Notes: generated by a model not told the origin, from the letters alone. A stretch of 64,000 nt of DNA from an uncultured Gemmatimonas sp. (GCA_964535105.1 CAZHSO010000003.1:14173-78172), one strand, 5' to 3'; counted from the first letter of the stretch, positions 20,415 to 35,041 are shown. Numbers and translations: made by a program.

Positions 20415-23372
20415 ATGCGCAAGCAGTCGATGGCGCCTGCCGACTCGACGTCCCTCGCGACGAAGCTGCTGCTCCAGAGCAGGTTCGGGCAGCGGCTCCT
20501 TCTGCTCTTTGTCGGATGCGCCATCGTCCCCACCTCCGCCGTCGGCTGGCTGTCGTTCCAGAGCACTGCGGCTCAGCTCACCCAGCAAAGCTGGGAGCGG
20601 CTCGCCTCGGTGTCGGGAGCCGCCGGACACACCCTGTTCGACCGGCTCGATTTCCTGGAAGCCGACCTGCGAAAGTCGGCCTCCCGATTAGCGACCTGTT
20701 CCGAATGTGCGTCCGCGATGCTCTACGCCGCGGACCAAGTCGTGTGGGTCTCGGCCAAAGCGTCGAGGCATCTGGCCGGCGAGGAGGACGACCTCGGGTT
20801 CCTCGTCCCGGACGACCTGCCTCCGCTCGTGCCGGGGCAGAGCACGCTGCTCGCACGCCGCCACGCCGCCAACACCGTCCGGATCTACCTGGTGCACCGT
20901 CTGGCGGGGAGCTCGGAACGGGTCGTCGTCCGGATCAACCCGGCGTATCTCTGGAGCGCCTCCGACGAGGAGGCGCTGCCGTCGAGTGTCAGCCTCACGC
21001 TCTGGGATTCCCGGGTGGGCGTGCTGATCGCATCGGCTTCCGGCGGCGCGACCGTCACGCCTGGTATCGCGGGTGCCCTGGCGCGCGCACCGAGCGGGAC
21101 ATTCGAGTCGAGCGGCCCGCGCGGAGCGTCGCTGGCCTCCTGGTGGGCGCCTGCGGCGATCGGGCGGTCGTTTCTCACCCCGCTGCGCGTGATCCTGAGC
21201 CAGCCGATGGCCGACGTGCTGGCTCCCATGGCGTCGTTCCGGCGTGACTTTCCGCTCCTCCTGGCGGTGGCGTTGCTGACCGTCCTCCTGCTGAGCATGA
21301 GTCAGATCCGGCGGAGCCTCCAGCCCCTCGCGGAGCTGCAGCGCGGAACCCGCCGGATCGCCGAGCGCGACTTCGAGCACCGTGTGCGGGTCTCGAGCGG
21401 CGACGAGCTCGAAGAGCTCGCCGGCTCGTTCAACACGATGTCGACCCGCCTGGCGCGCCAATTCAACGCCCTGAAGGCGGCGGCGCAGATCGATCGCGCC
21501 GTGCTCTCTTCGGTGGACACGGGCTCCATCGCCCAGACCGTCGTCGACCGGATCCCCGAAATCTGCCCCTGCGACGGCCTCAGCATCACGCTGCTCGCCG
21601 CTCCCGGGAGCGCGGACGCGACGACCTGGCGTGCTTCCGCGGGAGGGGTCGAGCGCGAACATGCGAGCGTGCGGTTGGCCGCGGGAGATCTTCGCCGCGC
21701 GCACGAACACACCGACCGGCTGGTCTACACCACCGGCGAGGAAGCCCTGCCCCCGTTCCTCGCCCATTTCCATCGCGAGGGTGAAGTCTCCGAAATCGAG
21801 GCCTTCCCGCTCCGGTACGGCGGAGATCTGCTCGGCGTGCTCGCGCTGCGGAGGAAGCCGGATGAGACGACCGAGGACGACATGATCCAGGTGCGCCGAA
21901 TCGCCGACCAGGTCGCGGTGGCGCTCTCCAACGCGCGGATGGTGGATCAGGTCCGCATTCTCGCCTTCTACGACAGCCTCACCAAGCTGCCCAACCGTGT
22001 GCTCTACAAGGAGCGTCTCGCCCAGGCGCTCGTGCGCGCCGCGCGCAACGACCGGTTCGTGGCGGTGTGCTTCATCGACATCGATCACTTCTCACGCATC
22101 AACGACACCCTGGGGCACGACCTCGGGGACGAGCTGCTCCGGGAAGTCTCCGGGCGCCTCGTGGCGTTGTCGCGGGTGGGCGACAGTGTGGCCCGGATCG
22201 GTTCCGAGCAGGGTGTGGCCGAAGTCTCCCGGCTCGGCGGCGACGAGTTCACCGTGGTGCTGTCCGATCTCACCGACCCGCAGGAATCGGTGCGCGTGGC
22301 GCGAAGGCTCCTGGATTCGCTTCGACGGCCGATCCGTCTCGGGATGCAGGAAGTCTTCGTCACGGCCTCCGTCGGGATCGCGATCTATCCGTTCGACGGC
22401 GCCGATACCGAGGAGCTGCTCAAGAGCGCCGACGTCGCGATGTATCACGCGAAGCAACAGGGCCGCAACACCTACCAGATGTATTCCGCGTCGATGAACG
22501 CCGAAGCGATGGCCCGCCTGCTGCTGGAGCAGCAGCTCCGCAAGGCGGTCGAGGCGCGCGAGTTCACCATCTGGTATCAGCCCATCGTGGATCTCCACAC
22601 CAGGAAGCAGGTGGGCGCTGAGGCGCTGGTCCGCTGGGCGCATCCGGAGCGGGGCCTCCTCTCACCCGCGGAATTCATCTCGCTCTGCGAGGAGTGCGGG
22701 CTCATCGTGCCCCTCGGCGAATGGATTCTCCGCGAGGTGTGCTCGCAGGCGAAGGCGTGGGAAACCGCCGGGTTCGGCACCGTCAGGATGTCGGTCAACC
22801 TCTCCGCCCGGCAGCTCCGCCACGACGGCATCGTCGAGACCGTGCGGACCATTCTTGAGGAGACCGGTCTCCGGCCCCGGTCCCTCGTGCTGGAGCTGAC
22901 CGAATCGATGCTGATGGAGCCCCGTGGCGTCACCGGACGAACCATCCGGGAGCTCGCCGATCTCGGAGTGAGCCTTGCGATCGACGACTTCGGCACCGGG
23001 TATTCCTCGCTCAGCTACCTCAAGAACTTTCCGGCGACCACACTCAAGATCGACCGCTCTTTCATCGCCGGCATCACCTCCGATCCCGACGACTCGGCTA
23101 TCACGACCGCGATCATCGCCCTGGCGAGCGCGATGGAGCTCGATGTCGTCGCGGAGGGGGTGGAGACCGAGGCCCAGGCGAAATTCCTGAAGGATCGCGG
23201 CTGTCAGAAGATTCAGGGCTATCTGGTGGGACGTCCGATGCCGAAGGAGGAGTTCGAGGCGGGGTTGCTGAACTCCGTCCACCGCGAACGGTCGAAGGGA
23301 AAGGCCTTGTCACGCCGAGCGAAGCGAAGCGGCGAAGCCCCACGTTTCCCAGCGGGCTCGGGAGCGGGCTGA
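20415..23372 (+). CDS. Sensor protein with periplasmic domain, HAMP, GAF-like region, GGDEF and EAL domains
   Basis: Two TM segments flank a periplasmic region of about 250 aa. HAMP-like segment [31 protein letters not shown] motif ([10 protein letters not shown]). EAL-domain motifs [22 protein letters not shown] and EGVE. Confidence 0.88.
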   Translation: MRKQSMAPADSTSLATKLLLQSRFGQRLLLLFVGCAIVPTSAVGWLSFQSTAAQLTQQSWERLASVSGAAGHTLFDRLDFLEADLRKSASRLATCSECASAMLYAADQVVWVSAKASRHLAGEEDDLGFLVPDDLPPLVPGQSTLLARRHAANTVRIYLVHRLAGSSERVVVRINPAYLWSASDEEALPSSVSLTLWDSRVGVLIASASGGATVTPGIAGALARAPSGTFESSGPRGASLASWWAPAAIGRSFLTPLRVILSQPMADVLAPMASFRRDFPLLLAVALLTVLLLSMSQIRRSLQPLAELQRGTRRIAERDFEHRVRVSSGDELEELAGSFNTMSTRLARQFNALKAAAQIDRAVLSSVDTGSIAQTVVDRIPEICPCDGLSITLLAAPGSADATTWRASAGGVEREHASVRLAAGDLRRAHEHTDRLVYTTGEEALPPFLAHFHREGEVSEIEAFPLRYGGDLLGVLALRRKPDETTEDDMIQVRRIADQVAVALSNARMVDQVRILAFYDSLTKLPNRVLYKERLAQALVRAARNDRFVAVCFIDIDHFSRINDTLGHDLGDELLREVSGRLVALSRVGDSVARIGSEQGVAEVSRLGGDEFTVVLSDLTDPQESVRVARRLLDSLRRPIRLGMQEVFVTASVGIAIYPFDGADTEELLKSADVAMYHAKQQGRNTYQMYSASMNAEAMARLLLEQQLRKAVEAREFTIWYQPIVDLHTRKQVGAEALVRWAHPERGLLSPAEFISLCEECGLIVPLGEWILREVCSQAKAWETAGFGTVRMSVNLSARQLRHDGIVETVRTILEETGLRPRSLVLELTESMLMEPRGVTGRTIRELADLGVSLAIDDFGTGYSSLSYLKNFPATTLKIDRSFIAGITSDPDDSAITTAIIALASAMELDVVAEGVETEAQAKFLKDRGCQKIQGYLVGRPMPKEEFEAGLLNSVHRERSKGKALSRRAKRSGEAPRFPAGSGAG
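23317..23338 (+). repeat. Weak GCGAAG-type purine-rich array in the 3' tail of the GGDEF-EAL gene
   Basis: gagcgaagcgaagcggcgaagc encodes part of a non-conserved-looking C-terminal tail (RRAKRSGEA). The periodicity is imperfect and there is no complementary arm. Confidence 0.3.
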
Positions 23373-23622
23373 CGAGACATCGGCCGATCCATCAGCGCGA
23401 AGCAAATTGCCGCCTGTGCAAATGACCAACCGGAAAACTGCTGGGGTGGTCCCGGTAGGTGCCGCACGGCTTCGCTCGGGTCGAAACGCATTGCTCGTGT
23501 CGGTGAACGGAGTCAAACTCGGCGCGAACCAGACTGGAACCGATAGCGACAGGTTCACCTTCGATCTTCCGTAGCCTGACGGCCGCCGATCTCCTGGCCG
23601 GTCGCCAGCGCGTCGGACAGTC

Positions 23623-23650
23623 CTGCGTGACCGTTCACCGTTCACGCAGT

Positions 23651-23658
<8 letters not shown>
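23623..23658 (-). repeat. GTGAACG-type heptamer array / small hairpin just downstream of ppdK
   Basis: On the minus strand it reads gtgaac-tgcgtgaacg-gtgaacg-gtcacgcag. It contains an 8-bp inverted repeat ctgcgtga / tcacgcag and overlaps the ppdK stop codon region. Confidence 0.55.
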
Positions 23659-26313
<2,655 letters not shown>

Positions 26314-26317
<4 letters not shown>

Positions 26318-27708
26318 GTCGGCGACGTCGCCAGCGGCGGAAGGACCGCCGCGAGGCGCTCTTCTGGGGTGACGGGAACGGGATACTTGCCCGAGAAACA
26401 GGCGTCGCAGAAGGAATTGCGCGTGCCGGCGGCCCGCAGCATGCCCTCGAGCGAGAGGTATCCCAGAGTGTCCACGCCGAGAAAATCCCGGATTTCGTCC
26501 GAGGAGTGCGTGGCCGCGATCAGCTCTTCGCGGGTGGGCGTGTCGATCCCGTAGTGACAGGGCCCCGTGATCGGCGGCGAGGCGAGCCGGAGATGCACCT
26601 CGCGCGCTCCGGCCGAGCGAATCATCTGCACCAGGCCCTTGCTCGTCGTGCCGCGGACAAGACTGTCGTCGACCACCACGACGGAGCGGCCGGAAATGAC
26701 CTCGCGCACCGGGTTGAACTTGATCTTCACCTTGGCGACGCGAAGAGCCTGCGTCGGATTGATGAAGGTGCGGCCCACGTAGTGATTGCGGATCAGGCCA
26801 TGCTCGAGCTTGAGCCCGCTCTGCTCCGCGAATCCCAGTGCCATCGCATTGCTGGAATCGGGTACGCTGAACACGACCTCGCCCCGGGGAGCGGGGTGCT
26901 CCACGGCCAGTTGCCGCCCCAGCTCCCGGCGCACCCGGTCCACCGATTCACCGAAGATATTGCTGTCCGGCCGCGCGAAGTACACCAGCTCGAAGACGCA
27001 GCGGCTCACCGGCCGCGCCGGAAGCGGCGCCAGCGTCTTCACTACGCCGTTCGCGACCCGCACGAACTCGCCCGGCACGAGCTCCCGGATCAGCGTCGCG
27101 CCCACGAGGTCCAGAGCGCAGGTCTCCGAAGCGACGATCACCCCGTCTCCCAGCCGCCCCAGAACCAGCGGGCGGAAGCCCCGGGGATCGACCAGCGCGT
27201 ACAGCACCCGCCCCACCGTGATCACCAGACTGTAGGCGCCCTCGACCTGTGACAGCGCCTCGCGGATCTGGGCCTCGGGATCGGCCGCGGGGGACCGCGC
27301 GATGAGGTGAACGATCACTTCCGAATCGGAGGACGACTGGAAGATCGCGCCCCGCGTCACGAGCTCGCGCCGGAGTTCCGGGGCATTGGTGAGATTGCCG
27401 TTGTGCGCGAGCGCCAGCGCGCCCCCGCGATAGTTCGCCATGCAGGGCTGCGCGTTTGCCAGGACCGAGCTGCCCGTCGTCGAGTAGCGGGTGTGTCCCA
27501 CCGCGACATCACCCGGAAGGTCCTTGAGGTGCCGCTCCTGGAAGATGTCGCCCACCAGCCCCATCCCACGGTGCGCATGCGACTCGCCCGCCGCATCGAT
27601 GGTGACGATGCCGGCGCTCTCCTGTCCGCGATGCTGCAGCGCGTAGAGGCCAAGGTAGGCCACCCGCCCGGCGTCGTGGATGGAAGAGACTCCCATTATG
27701 CCGCACAT
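26314..27708 (-). CDS. purF: Amidophosphoribosyltransferase
   Basis: Ntn nucleophile right after Met (MCGIMGV) and PRTase motif VVVVDDSLVRGTT. The start was moved to the ATG at 27708. Confidence 0.93.
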
Positions 27709-27710
27709 GA

Positions 27711-30020
27711 TCAGCGTCCTTCCGTGCCGCGATCGCCATCCGCCAGCATGCGGCGGGGGATCGCGTCGAGATACCCGCGCCGCAGATCGCGAGAGGCCCA
27801 CCCGTAGGTCGCGTGATGGTCACGCAGGTGTATCTCGAGCCTGCCGTGCGCCTCACCGACACGTCCGGCAGCCTGGGCCGGCACCCCATGGCTCTCCGCC
27901 AGCGCGAGCAGCTCCTCCACGCGCTCGCGGCCGCAGGATCCCACGACGCGCGCGGCATCCTCGCCATAGAGAATCGCCTCGGGAGCGAGCCCCGCCGAAT
28001 TCGCGAGGACGACCGACGCCCCAAAGGTGGTCTCGGCATAGGGCGCGCCGATGCACGCCTCCGCGAGGGCCACGGCGAGTCCCCCGTCGGAGCAATCGTG
28101 CGCGGAGCGGAGGAGACCGGCCCCTGCCGCAGCCACCAGGAACCGCTGCAGCCTGGCTTCGGCGCCCAGGTCCACGGCTGGGGGAGGGCCGCCGACGAAT
28201 CCGCGAACGACTTCCCAGTAGCTCGAGCCGCCCAGGTGGCCCGCCGTGGTCCCGAAGAGCACGATCGCGTCCCCCCCCGTCTGGAAGTGGCTCGGCACCC
28301 GCCGGGTCATGTCAGCGAGGAGCCCCACCATCCCGACCGTCGGCGTCGGGTCGATCGCGCCGGTCGGGCTCTCGTTGTAGAGGGAGACGTTTCCGCCGGT
28401 CACGGGAGTACCGAAGGCGCGGCAGGCATCGCCGATCCCGCGGCATGCTTCTCGAAACTGGAAGAAGGCGTCCGGCTTGTCGGGATTGCCGAAGTTGAGG
28501 CAATCGGTGATTCCGAGCGGCAGGGCCCCGGTGCAGGCGACGTTGCGCGCGGCTTCGGCCACCGCGGCTTTGCCTCCCTCGTAGGGATCGAGCGCGACAT
28601 ACCGCTGATTGCAGTCGACCGACACCGCGAGCCCGAAACCGGTTCCGGGAACCCGCAGCACGCCCGCGTCGCCGCCCGGGCCCAGCACCGTTTCCGCCTG
28701 CACGGTGGAATCGTACTGCTCGTAGACCCAGCGCTTGCTTGCGATCGTCGGGTCGTCGAGCAGCATGGGAAGCGCACCGAGCACATCCGCGCGCGCGGGC
28801 TCGGCGGGCGCCGCGCGCCGTCTCGCCACCGCCGCCGGCGATTCAACCGCTTCCGGGTGATAGACCGGACAGCCGTCCACCAGACGCTCGCCGGGAATCG
28901 CGGCAACCGTCACACCGCCGTGCACCACGCGGAACACTCCGTCGTCGGTGACGCGCCCGACCGGGGTGGCCTCGAGCTCCCACTTGGCACAGACGGCCTG
29001 GATGGCCTCGACGCGCTCGGGAAGCGCCACGATCAGCATTCGCTCCTGCGACTCCGACAGCATGATCTCGTACGGCGTCATGCCCGGCTCGCGGGTCGGC
29101 ACGAGGCTGGTGTCGAGCTCGACCCCGACGCCGCCCCGCGCCGCCATCTCCGCCGACGAGCTGGCCAACCCGGCGGCGCCCATGTCCTGGATCGCGACGG
29201 TGAGACCCGCTTCAATCAGCTCCAGCGTGGCTTCGAGGAGAAGCTTTTCGGTGAAGGGATCGCCCACCTGCACCTGGGGCCGGCGCGCCTCGCTCTTGGC
29301 CGAGAGCTCCTCCGACGCGAAGCTGGCGCCGTGAATGCCGTCGCGTCCGGTCCGGGACCCCATCGCGAGGAGTACGTTGCCCACGCCGTGCGCTTTCGCG
29401 CGCATGAGGTCCTTCTCACGGAGCAGTCCCACGCACATCGCATTCACGAGCGGATTCCCGCTGTACCCCGGTGCGAAGGCAACCTCTCCGCCCAGCGTCG
29501 GCACACCGACGCAGTTCCCGTAATCGCCGACACCCTTCACGATCCCCGCGAAGAGATACCGGTTTCGCGCTTCGTCCAGCGGTCCCAGCCGGAGGGAGTT
29601 GAGCAGCGCCACCGGGCGCGCGCCCATCGTGAACACGTCGCGCAGAATGCCGCCGACACCCGTGGCCGCTCCCTGATACGGCTCGACGGCGCTGGGATGG
29701 TTGTGCGATTCGATTTTGAATGCGACGGCCCAGCCGTCGGGCAGCCGGAGCACCCCCGCGTTCTCTCCCGGTCCCTGGACCACCTGGGGCCCGGTCGTCG
29801 GAAAGGACTTGAGAACGGCTTTGGTATGCTTGTAGGAGCAGTGCTCCGACCAGAGGGCGGAGAAGATCCCGAGCTCGGTGAGCGTGGGCGTTCGTCCCAG
29901 CATCGCCACGATCTCGGCATGTTCCCGATCGTTGAGGTTGTGCTCCCGCACGACCTCCGCCGTAATGGGCCGCTCCCCGGGGAAGGGAAGCGCCTCAGGC
30001 GCGACAGCGGTTTGGGTCAC
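27711..30020 (-). CDS. purL: Phosphoribosylformylglycinamidine synthase subunit PurL
   Basis: [12 protein letters not shown] motif followed by duplicated AIRS-like domains. GTG start at 30020 in a GTGA overlap with the upstream Zn-ribbon gene. Confidence 0.92.
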   Translation of the reverse strand: MTQTAVAPEALPFPGERPITAEVVREHNLNDREHAEIVAMLGRTPTLTELGIFSALWSEHCSYKHTKAVLKSFPTTGPQVVQGPGENAGVLRLPDGWAVAFKIESHNHPSAVEPYQGAATGVGGILRDVFTMGARPVALLNSLRLGPLDEARNRYLFAGIVKGVGDYGNCVGVPTLGGEVAFAPGYSGNPLVNAMCVGLLREKDLMRAKAHGVGNVLLAMGSRTGRDGIHGASFASEELSAKSEARRPQVQVGDPFTEKLLLEATLELIEAGLTVAIQDMGAAGLASSSAEMAARGGVGVELDTSLVPTREPGMTPYEIMLSESQERMLIVALPERVEAIQAVCAKWELEATPVGRVTDDGVFRVVHGGVTVAAIPGERLVDGCPVYHPEAVESPAAVARRRAAPAEPARADVLGALPMLLDDPTIASKRWVYEQYDSTVQAETVLGPGGDAGVLRVPGTGFGLAVSVDCNQRYVALDPYEGGKAAVAEAARNVACTGALPLGITDCLNFGNPDKPDAFFQFREACRGIGDACRAFGTPVTGGNVSLYNESPTGAIDPTPTVGMVGLLADMTRRVPSHFQTGGDAIVLFGTTAGHLGGSSYWEVVRGFVGGPPPAVDLGAEARLQRFLVAAAGAGLLRSAHDCSDGGLAVALAEACIGAPYAETTFGASVVLANSAGLAPEAILYGEDAARVVGSCGRERVEELLALAESHGVPAQAAGRVGEAHGRLEIHLRDHHATYGWASRDLRRGYLDAIPRRMLADGDRGTEGR

Positions 30021-30343
30021 GATTTGCCCCGGCCCTTCTTCAGCGTGGACCAGAGATCGCCCATCACCCGGCCAAGCACACCCGGATCGTCCTCCTTCAT
30101 CAGGAGGGCGACCTCTCCGCCGTCCAGCCAGATACCGTGGCAATCCGGGCACCGGTCGATCTGAATGCCGTGAAACGCCTCGGTGTGCAGGTCGGTGCCG
30201 TCCTTGGGGCATTTCATGAAATGCGATTTGCGCTCGGCAGCGGTCTGATCGGCGCGGCCCTTGGCGCGCAGCCTGGCCAGTCGCTCGGCCTCTTCCCGCG
30301 CGAAGTATTCGTCTTCGTTCCTGCTCGGCTTGTCGGTGCTCAT
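30017..30343 (-). CDS. Small Zn-ribbon (zf-TFIIB-like) protein with charged N-terminal helix
   Basis: 108 aa. The sequence [36 protein letters not shown] matches the CPxC...D.CPxCxGxWLD ribbon pattern, except that the first knuckle is CPKD. It has 4-nt overlaps with purQ upstream and purL downstream. Confidence 0.7.
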   Translation of the reverse strand: MSTDKPSRNEDEYFAREEAERLARLRAKGRADQTAAERKSHFMKCPKDGTDLHTEAFHGIQIDRCPDCHGIWLDGGEVALLMKEDDPGVLGRVMGDLWSTLKKGRGKS

Positions 30344-31044
30344 GCGCCGTGGGGCTCCGCGATCATGTGAGAGGTGAGTGAGGAGAAGACCCGGTGGCCG
30401 GCATCGCTCCCGAGGATCGACTCCGCGAGGCGCTCGGGGTGCGGCATCATCCCGACGACGTTGCCCATCGCGCTGCAAACGGCGGCGATTCCACGGGCGG
30501 AGCCATTCGGGTTGGCGGGGACGTCCCCGTCGGCGTCCCCGTGGTACCGCAGCACCACCCGGCCCTCGGCTTCGATCTGGTCGAGGAGCGCTTCCGGGGC
30601 GACAAAGCGGCCTTCGCCGTGCCCGACCGGTATGCGGATCACCTCGCCGGGCCGGTACTGCGAGGTAAAGGGCGTGGCGGTGCGCTCGACCCGCACGTCC
30701 ACCGGGCGGGAGAGGTACTTGAGGCCAGCGTTCCGGGCCAGCGCGCCGGGAAGGAGTCCCGCCTCGCAGAGGATCTGGAAGCCATTGCAGATGCCGAGCA
30801 CTGGCGCGCCCGCCGCGGCGTGGGCGCGTACGGCCTCCATCACCGGACTCATCCGGGCGATGGCCCCGCTCCTGAGATAATCGCCGTAGCTGAATCCCCC
30901 GGGAAGAATGACGGCGTCGGCGCCGTGAAGCGAGGTATCGCGGTGCCCGACGTAGAAAGCCTCCCCGCCGGCGCGCTCCACCGCGCGGCACGCCTCGGGC
31001 TCGCAATTGCTCCCGGGGAACCGGACGACGGCGACGCGCATCAT
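30340..31044 (-). CDS. purQ: Phosphoribosylformylglycinamidine synthase glutaminase subunit PurQ
   Basis: [15 protein letters not shown]-terminus, Cys nucleophile motif LGICNGFQ, and MMPHPER. The start is either 31044 or 31041. Confidence 0.92.
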   Translation of the reverse strand: MMRVAVVRFPGSNCEPEACRAVERAGGEAFYVGHRDTSLHGADAVILPGGFSYGDYLRSGAIARMSPVMEAVRAHAAAGAPVLGICNGFQILCEAGLLPGALARNAGLKYLSRPVDVRVERTATPFTSQYRPGEVIRIPVGHGEGRFVAPEALLDQIEAEGRVVLRYHGDADGDVPANPNGSARGIAAVCSAMGNVVGMMPHPERLAESILGSDAGHRVFSSLTSHMIAEPHGA

Positions 31045-31301
31045 GGCCGGCCTCCCGTTTCGACCGCGATCTCGAAATCCTCGGTCACCGGGTTGGCGAG
31101 CAGCTTGTCGCACATGGTGCGCACCTTCGCCTCGGCATCCGCGGCGGTGGCGGCGACGACGTCGAGCGCAATGGCCTTCCCGACGTGGACGTTGCTCGCC
31201 TCGGGAAAGTGCAACGCCGAGAGCGCGTGCTCGACGGCCTGTCCCTGGGGATCGTGCAGGCCTCCACGAGGGAGAATCCGGACATGTACCCGCCAGGTCA
31301 T
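31041..31301 (-). CDS. purS: Phosphoribosylformylglycinamidine synthase subunit PurS
   Basis: 86 aa, reading MTWRVHVRILPRGGLHDPQGQAVEHAL...ANPVTEDFEI. ATGA overlaps on both sides. Confidence 0.88.
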   Translation of the reverse strand: MTWRVHVRILPRGGLHDPQGQAVEHALSALHFPEASNVHVGKAIALDVVAATAADAEAKVRTMCDKLLANPVTEDFEIAVETGGRP

Positions 31302-32068
31302 TCGTCGGCTCCGCGCTCGGTGAGGATCAGAAAAATGTGGCGCAATACGCCGAAGCTGGCGTAGGCGATGAAGAAAGGAAACAGAATCGACGACGGATAG
31401 AGGATCGACCCGACCACGATCGCGAGCAGCACGACCAGGGCGACGATCCCCCTGGGCGTCTTGGCGCTCACCGGTGCGCCGCGCGGATACATAACCTTGC
31501 TCACCATCAGCACCGCCAGCAGAAGAAGCAGCACCACCAGCCCCTGGTGCTCCAGATCGAGGTGCGCGACCGACATCCGGTACCACTTCGTCTGGCTGAA
31601 GGCGTAGTAGGTGGCGAGCGTCATCCCCGCCGCGGGCGACGGGAGGCCGGTGAACCATCCCGGCGTGGGTTTGCCGTGGGACAGCACGTTGAAGCGGGCC
31701 AGGCGCAGTGCGACCGCCACGAGGTAGAGGAAGCAGACGATCCAGCCGTAGCGCCCCGCGGTGGAGAATTCGAGGAAGTAGATGAGGAGCGCCGGTGCCA
31801 CGCCGAAGGAAATGACATCCACCAGCGAGTCGAGCTCGGCGCCGAACCGGCTTCCGGTGCCCATTCGTCGGGCCACCCGGCCGTCGAGGGAATCCAGGAT
31901 CCCGGCAAAGACGATGAACCACCCGGCCTGCCGGAAGTTTCCGTTGAACGCCTGCACGATCGCCCAGAAGCCGAAGAAGAGGTTGCCGAGCGTGAACGCG
32001 CTCGGGATCACCACGACGACGCGGCGGATGCCTTCGCGGCGCTCCGGCTGATCCTGCCTCATTTCCAT
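31298..32068 (-). CDS. pssA: CDP-diacylglycerol--serine O-phosphatidyltransferase
   Basis: CDP-alcohol phosphatidyltransferase motif DSLDGRVARRMGTGSRFGAELDSLVD. Multi-TM protein located next to psd. Confidence 0.88.
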   Translation of the reverse strand: MEMRQDQPERREGIRRVVVVIPSAFTLGNLFFGFWAIVQAFNGNFRQAGWFIVFAGILDSLDGRVARRMGTGSRFGAELDSLVDVISFGVAPALLIYFLEFSTAGRYGWIVCFLYLVAVALRLARFNVLSHGKPTPGWFTGLPSPAAGMTLATYYAFSQTKWYRMSVAHLDLEHQGLVVLLLLLAVLMVSKVMYPRGAPVSAKTPRGIVALVVLLAIVVGSILYPSSILFPFFIAYASFGVLRHIFLILTERGADE

Positions 32069-32685
32069 CGCGCCACCACCGTCTGGGCCGCCAGGGTCTT
32101 GTCTCCCTCTTTCACGAGGACCGTCATCCCTGCCGGGACGAACACATCCACCCGCGATCCGAAGCGAATGAGTCCCATCCGCTCGGCCTGGCCGACGTCG
32201 GTGCCTTCGGCATGGTCCGTCACGATCCGGCGGGCCACCGAGCCCGCGATCTGCCGGATGAGGAGCCGGCCCTTGGGCGTATCGAGGCCGACACTGCTGT
32301 GCTCGTTGTCGGTCGACGCCTTCTCACGCTCGGCATGACCGAACTTTCCGCGAACATAGGCGCGAAAGGCGATTCGGCCGCGGGTGGGATACCGGTTGAC
32401 GTGGACGTTGAAGACGTTCATGAAGATCGCGATCCGGATGGCGGGACCGCGAATGAAGAGCGGTTCGTCGATAGGAATGACGCTCACCACCTTGCCGTCG
32501 GCAGGGGCGAGCACGATCTCGTCACCGCGGGGGCCCTTGCGGACGGGATCCCGGAAGAACGCCACGACCCAGACCGCAATGGGAAGCCAGAGCACTGCGG
32601 GAATCCAGAGATGCAGCCAGGCCAGCAGGCCCAGCACGATCCAGGCGATGGCGATGAACGGCCATCCCTCGGGCGCGACACGCAT
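32059..32685 (-). CDS. psd: Phosphatidylserine decarboxylase (short form)
   Basis: 208 aa with N-terminal TM helices. The self-processing G-S site lies in IRFGSRVDVF. Confidence 0.85.
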   Translation of the reverse strand: MRVAPEGWPFIAIAWIVLGLLAWLHLWIPAVLWLPIAVWVVAFFRDPVRKGPRGDEIVLAPADGKVVSVIPIDEPLFIRGPAIRIAIFMNVFNVHVNRYPTRGRIAFRAYVRGKFGHAEREKASTDNEHSSVGLDTPKGRLLIRQIAGSVARRIVTDHAEGTDVGQAERMGLIRFGSRVDVFVPAGMTVLVKEGDKTLAAQTVVARWK

Positions 32686-33611
32686 CAGGCGCTCCCCGGC
32701 AACGGCTGGCCGGTGAGCAACCGGAAGGCCTCGAGGTATCGGGCGCTGGTCGCGAGGATGACCTCGGAAGGCAGTGGTGGCGGCGGCGGGTTCCCGTCCC
32801 AGGCGCCCGCGGTCCGGAGCTCCGCCAAGTAGTCGCGCAGGGGCTGTTTGTCGAAGCTCGGCTGACTGCGGCCGGGACGATACTCCGCGGCGGGCCAGAA
32901 GCGAGACGAGTCCGGCGTCATCACTTCATCGATCAGGCGGAGTGTGCCGGTCGCGTCGATTCCGAATTCGAATTTGGTATCGGCGATGATGATGCCGCGC
33001 TGCTCGGCGTGCTCACGTCCTGCTTCGTAGAGCGCAAGACTCCGCGATTCGAGCTCCGCCGTCAGCTCCGCCCCGAGCGCGAGCCGCATCGCATCCACCG
33101 TGACATTCTGGTCATGACCGCTCTCGGCCTTGGTGGCCGGGGAGAACCGCGGCCGGGCAAAGCGCTGACACTCGAGCATCCCCTCGGGAAGGCGCTCGTC
33201 GGCGAGGGTGCCGGTCCGACGGTATTCCTGCCATGCGGAACCGGACAGATAGCCGCGCACGACACACTCGAAGGCCACGGGAGCGGTTCGTCGCACCAGC
33301 ATCGACCGGCCGGCCAGCGCCTCGCGGTGACTGGCGAGCGACGGAACCTCGCGGAGGATCTGATCGGCCTCGGCGGTCAGGAAATGATGGGGACCGAGCC
33401 TCCCGAGGATTTCGAGCCACGACGCGGTGAGCTGGGTCAGGACCTCGCCTTTCCTCGGCACCGGCTCGGCCATCACCACATCGAACGCACTCACCCGGTC
33501 GCTCGCGACGAGGAGGAGCCGTCCGTCGTCCACCTCGTAGACGTCCCGAACCTTTCCGCGACGCCACAGCGGGAGGGGAAGCCTCGTGGACCCGACCACC
33601 GTCATACGCAC
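32685..33611 (-). CDS. purC: Phosphoribosylaminoimidazole-succinocarboxamide synthase
   Basis: GKVRDVYEV and ASDRVSAFD motifs. Long-form (308 aa) PurC. Confidence 0.92.
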   Translation of the reverse strand: MRMTVVGSTRLPLPLWRRGKVRDVYEVDDGRLLLVASDRVSAFDVVMAEPVPRKGEVLTQLTASWLEILGRLGPHHFLTAEADQILREVPSLASHREALAGRSMLVRRTAPVAFECVVRGYLSGSAWQEYRRTGTLADERLPEGMLECQRFARPRFSPATKAESGHDQNVTVDAMRLALGAELTAELESRSLALYEAGREHAEQRGIIIADTKFEFGIDATGTLRLIDEVMTPDSSRFWPAAEYRPGRSQPSFDKQPLRDYLAELRTAGAWDGNPPPPPLPSEVILATSARYLEAFRLLTGQPLPGSA

Positions 33612-35041
33612 ACCTCCCCGGCCGCGGCGGGAGCGGCGTGCGCGGCCGCGCGCGCGATCACCGGATCGAGAAATTCCTCCAGGAACTCCGCCACCTGCGC
33701 CTCCGACCGCCCGGTGTAGTGGGCGGGGTCGAGCTCGGCGGCGAGCGCCGCGGCCGGGATCCGGGAGAATGCGGGATCCGCGGCGAGGCGATCCATGAGA
33801 TCATTCCTGCCGCCGGCACTCACGGCGGTCGCCACGGTCATGCTCGCAGTGCGGATCACCTCATGCAGCTGCTGGCGGTCTCCGCCCGCGGCGACGCCGA
33901 GCATCATCCAGCGCTCGGTCGCCATGAAGGGCATTTGATCGGCCACGTGGCGGGCAATAACCGGCTCCCGCACTTCGAGTCCCGTCACGATATTGGTGGC
34001 GAGAATGAGAATCGCATCGGCGGCCAGAAACGCCTCCGGGAGCACGAGCCTGCGATTCGCGCTGTCATCGAGGGTTCGCTCGAGCCACTGCGTTGCCGCG
34101 GTGTGGGCGGCGTTCTGCTGCAGCGAGATCAGAAACCGGGCCAGCGCATTGATGCGCTCAGCGCGCATCGGGTTCCGTTTGTACGCCATGGCGCTGGAGC
34201 CGATCTGCTCCGACTCGAACGGCTCGAGCAGCTCTCCTTCGTGCTGGAGTAGGCGGAGGTCGGCGGCCATCTTGGAGGCCGACTGCGCGAGTCCCGAGAG
34301 CGCGTCGAGGATGGTGCTGTCGATCTTCCGGGGATAGGTCTGGCCGGAGACCGGAATGGGACGCGCAAAGCCCATGCGCTCCGCGATTCGCCGGTCGAGC
34401 GCGCGGACCTTTGCGTGATCGCCCTGGAACAGCTCGAGGAACGACGCCTGGGTTCCGGTGGTGCCCTTGCAGCCGAGGAACGCGAGTCCCGCCAGCCGGT
34501 GGCCGAGCTCCTCCGCGTCGAGCGCGAAATCCTGGGCCCAGAGCGTAGCCCGCTTGCCGACGGTGGTGAGCTGAGCCGGCTGGAAGTGGGTGTAGGCGAG
34601 ACAGGGAAGCGCCGAGTGTCGCGCGGCAAATGCGCCAAGGGCCCGGAGCAGCGCGCCGAGCCGCCCCACCACCAGACGCATCCCGTCCCGCATCACCATC
34701 AGGTCGGCGTTGTCGGTGACGAACGCGCTGGTCGCACCGAGATGGATGTAGGGCCGCGCGGCGGGAGCCTGGTCGCCGAGGGCGTGCACGTGGGCCATCA
34801 CATCGTGACGGAACCGGCGCTCGTATTGCGCCGCCACGGCAAGGTCGGCGTCGTCGAGATGCGCGCGCAGCGCGTCGATGGCCTCGGGGGGGATCTCGAG
34901 CCCGAGCTCCCGTTCGGTGTCCATCAATGCGAGCCAGAGCCGGCGCCAGAGACCCACCCGGTGGGGCTCACCCCAGAGATTCTGCATCGCTGGGGAGGCG
35001 TACCGCGTCCCCAGCGGCGACTGATACCGCGTCTCGGTCAC
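33602..35041 (-). CDS. purB: Adenylosuccinate lyase
   Basis: Fumarate-lyase signature GSSAMAYKRNP. 479 aa. Confidence 0.93.
   Translation of the reverse strand: MTETRYQSPLGTRYASPAMQNLWGEPHRVGLWRRLWLALMDTERELGLEIPPEAIDALRAHLDDADLAVAAQYERRFRHDVMAHVHALGDQAPAARPYIHLGATSAFVTDNADLMVMRDGMRLVVGRLGALLRALGAFAARHSALPCLAYTHFQPAQLTTVGKRATLWAQDFALDAEELGHRLAGLAFLGCKGTTGTQASFLELFQGDHAKVRALDRRIAERMGFARPIPVSGQTYPRKIDSTILDALSGLAQSASKMAADLRLLQHEGELLEPFESEQIGSSAMAYKRNPMRAERINALARFLISLQQNAAHTAATQWLERTLDDSANRRLVLPEAFLAADAILILATNIVTGLEVREPVIARHVADQMPFMATERWMMLGVAAGGDRQQLHEVIRTASMTVATAVSAGGRNDLMDRLAADPAFSRIPAAALAAELDPAHYTGRSEAQVAEFLEEFLDPVIARAAAHAAPAAAGEVCV

Noticed and set aside
23373-23650. A tRNA, SRP RNA, RNase P RNA or 6S RNA in the longer spacers (23373-23650, 17003-17385, 37875-38063).
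   Set aside because: I found no T-arm GGTTCGAATCC-type motif apart from the tmRNA, no GGAAGCAGCC-type SRP motif and no GAGGAAAGTCC RNase P motif.
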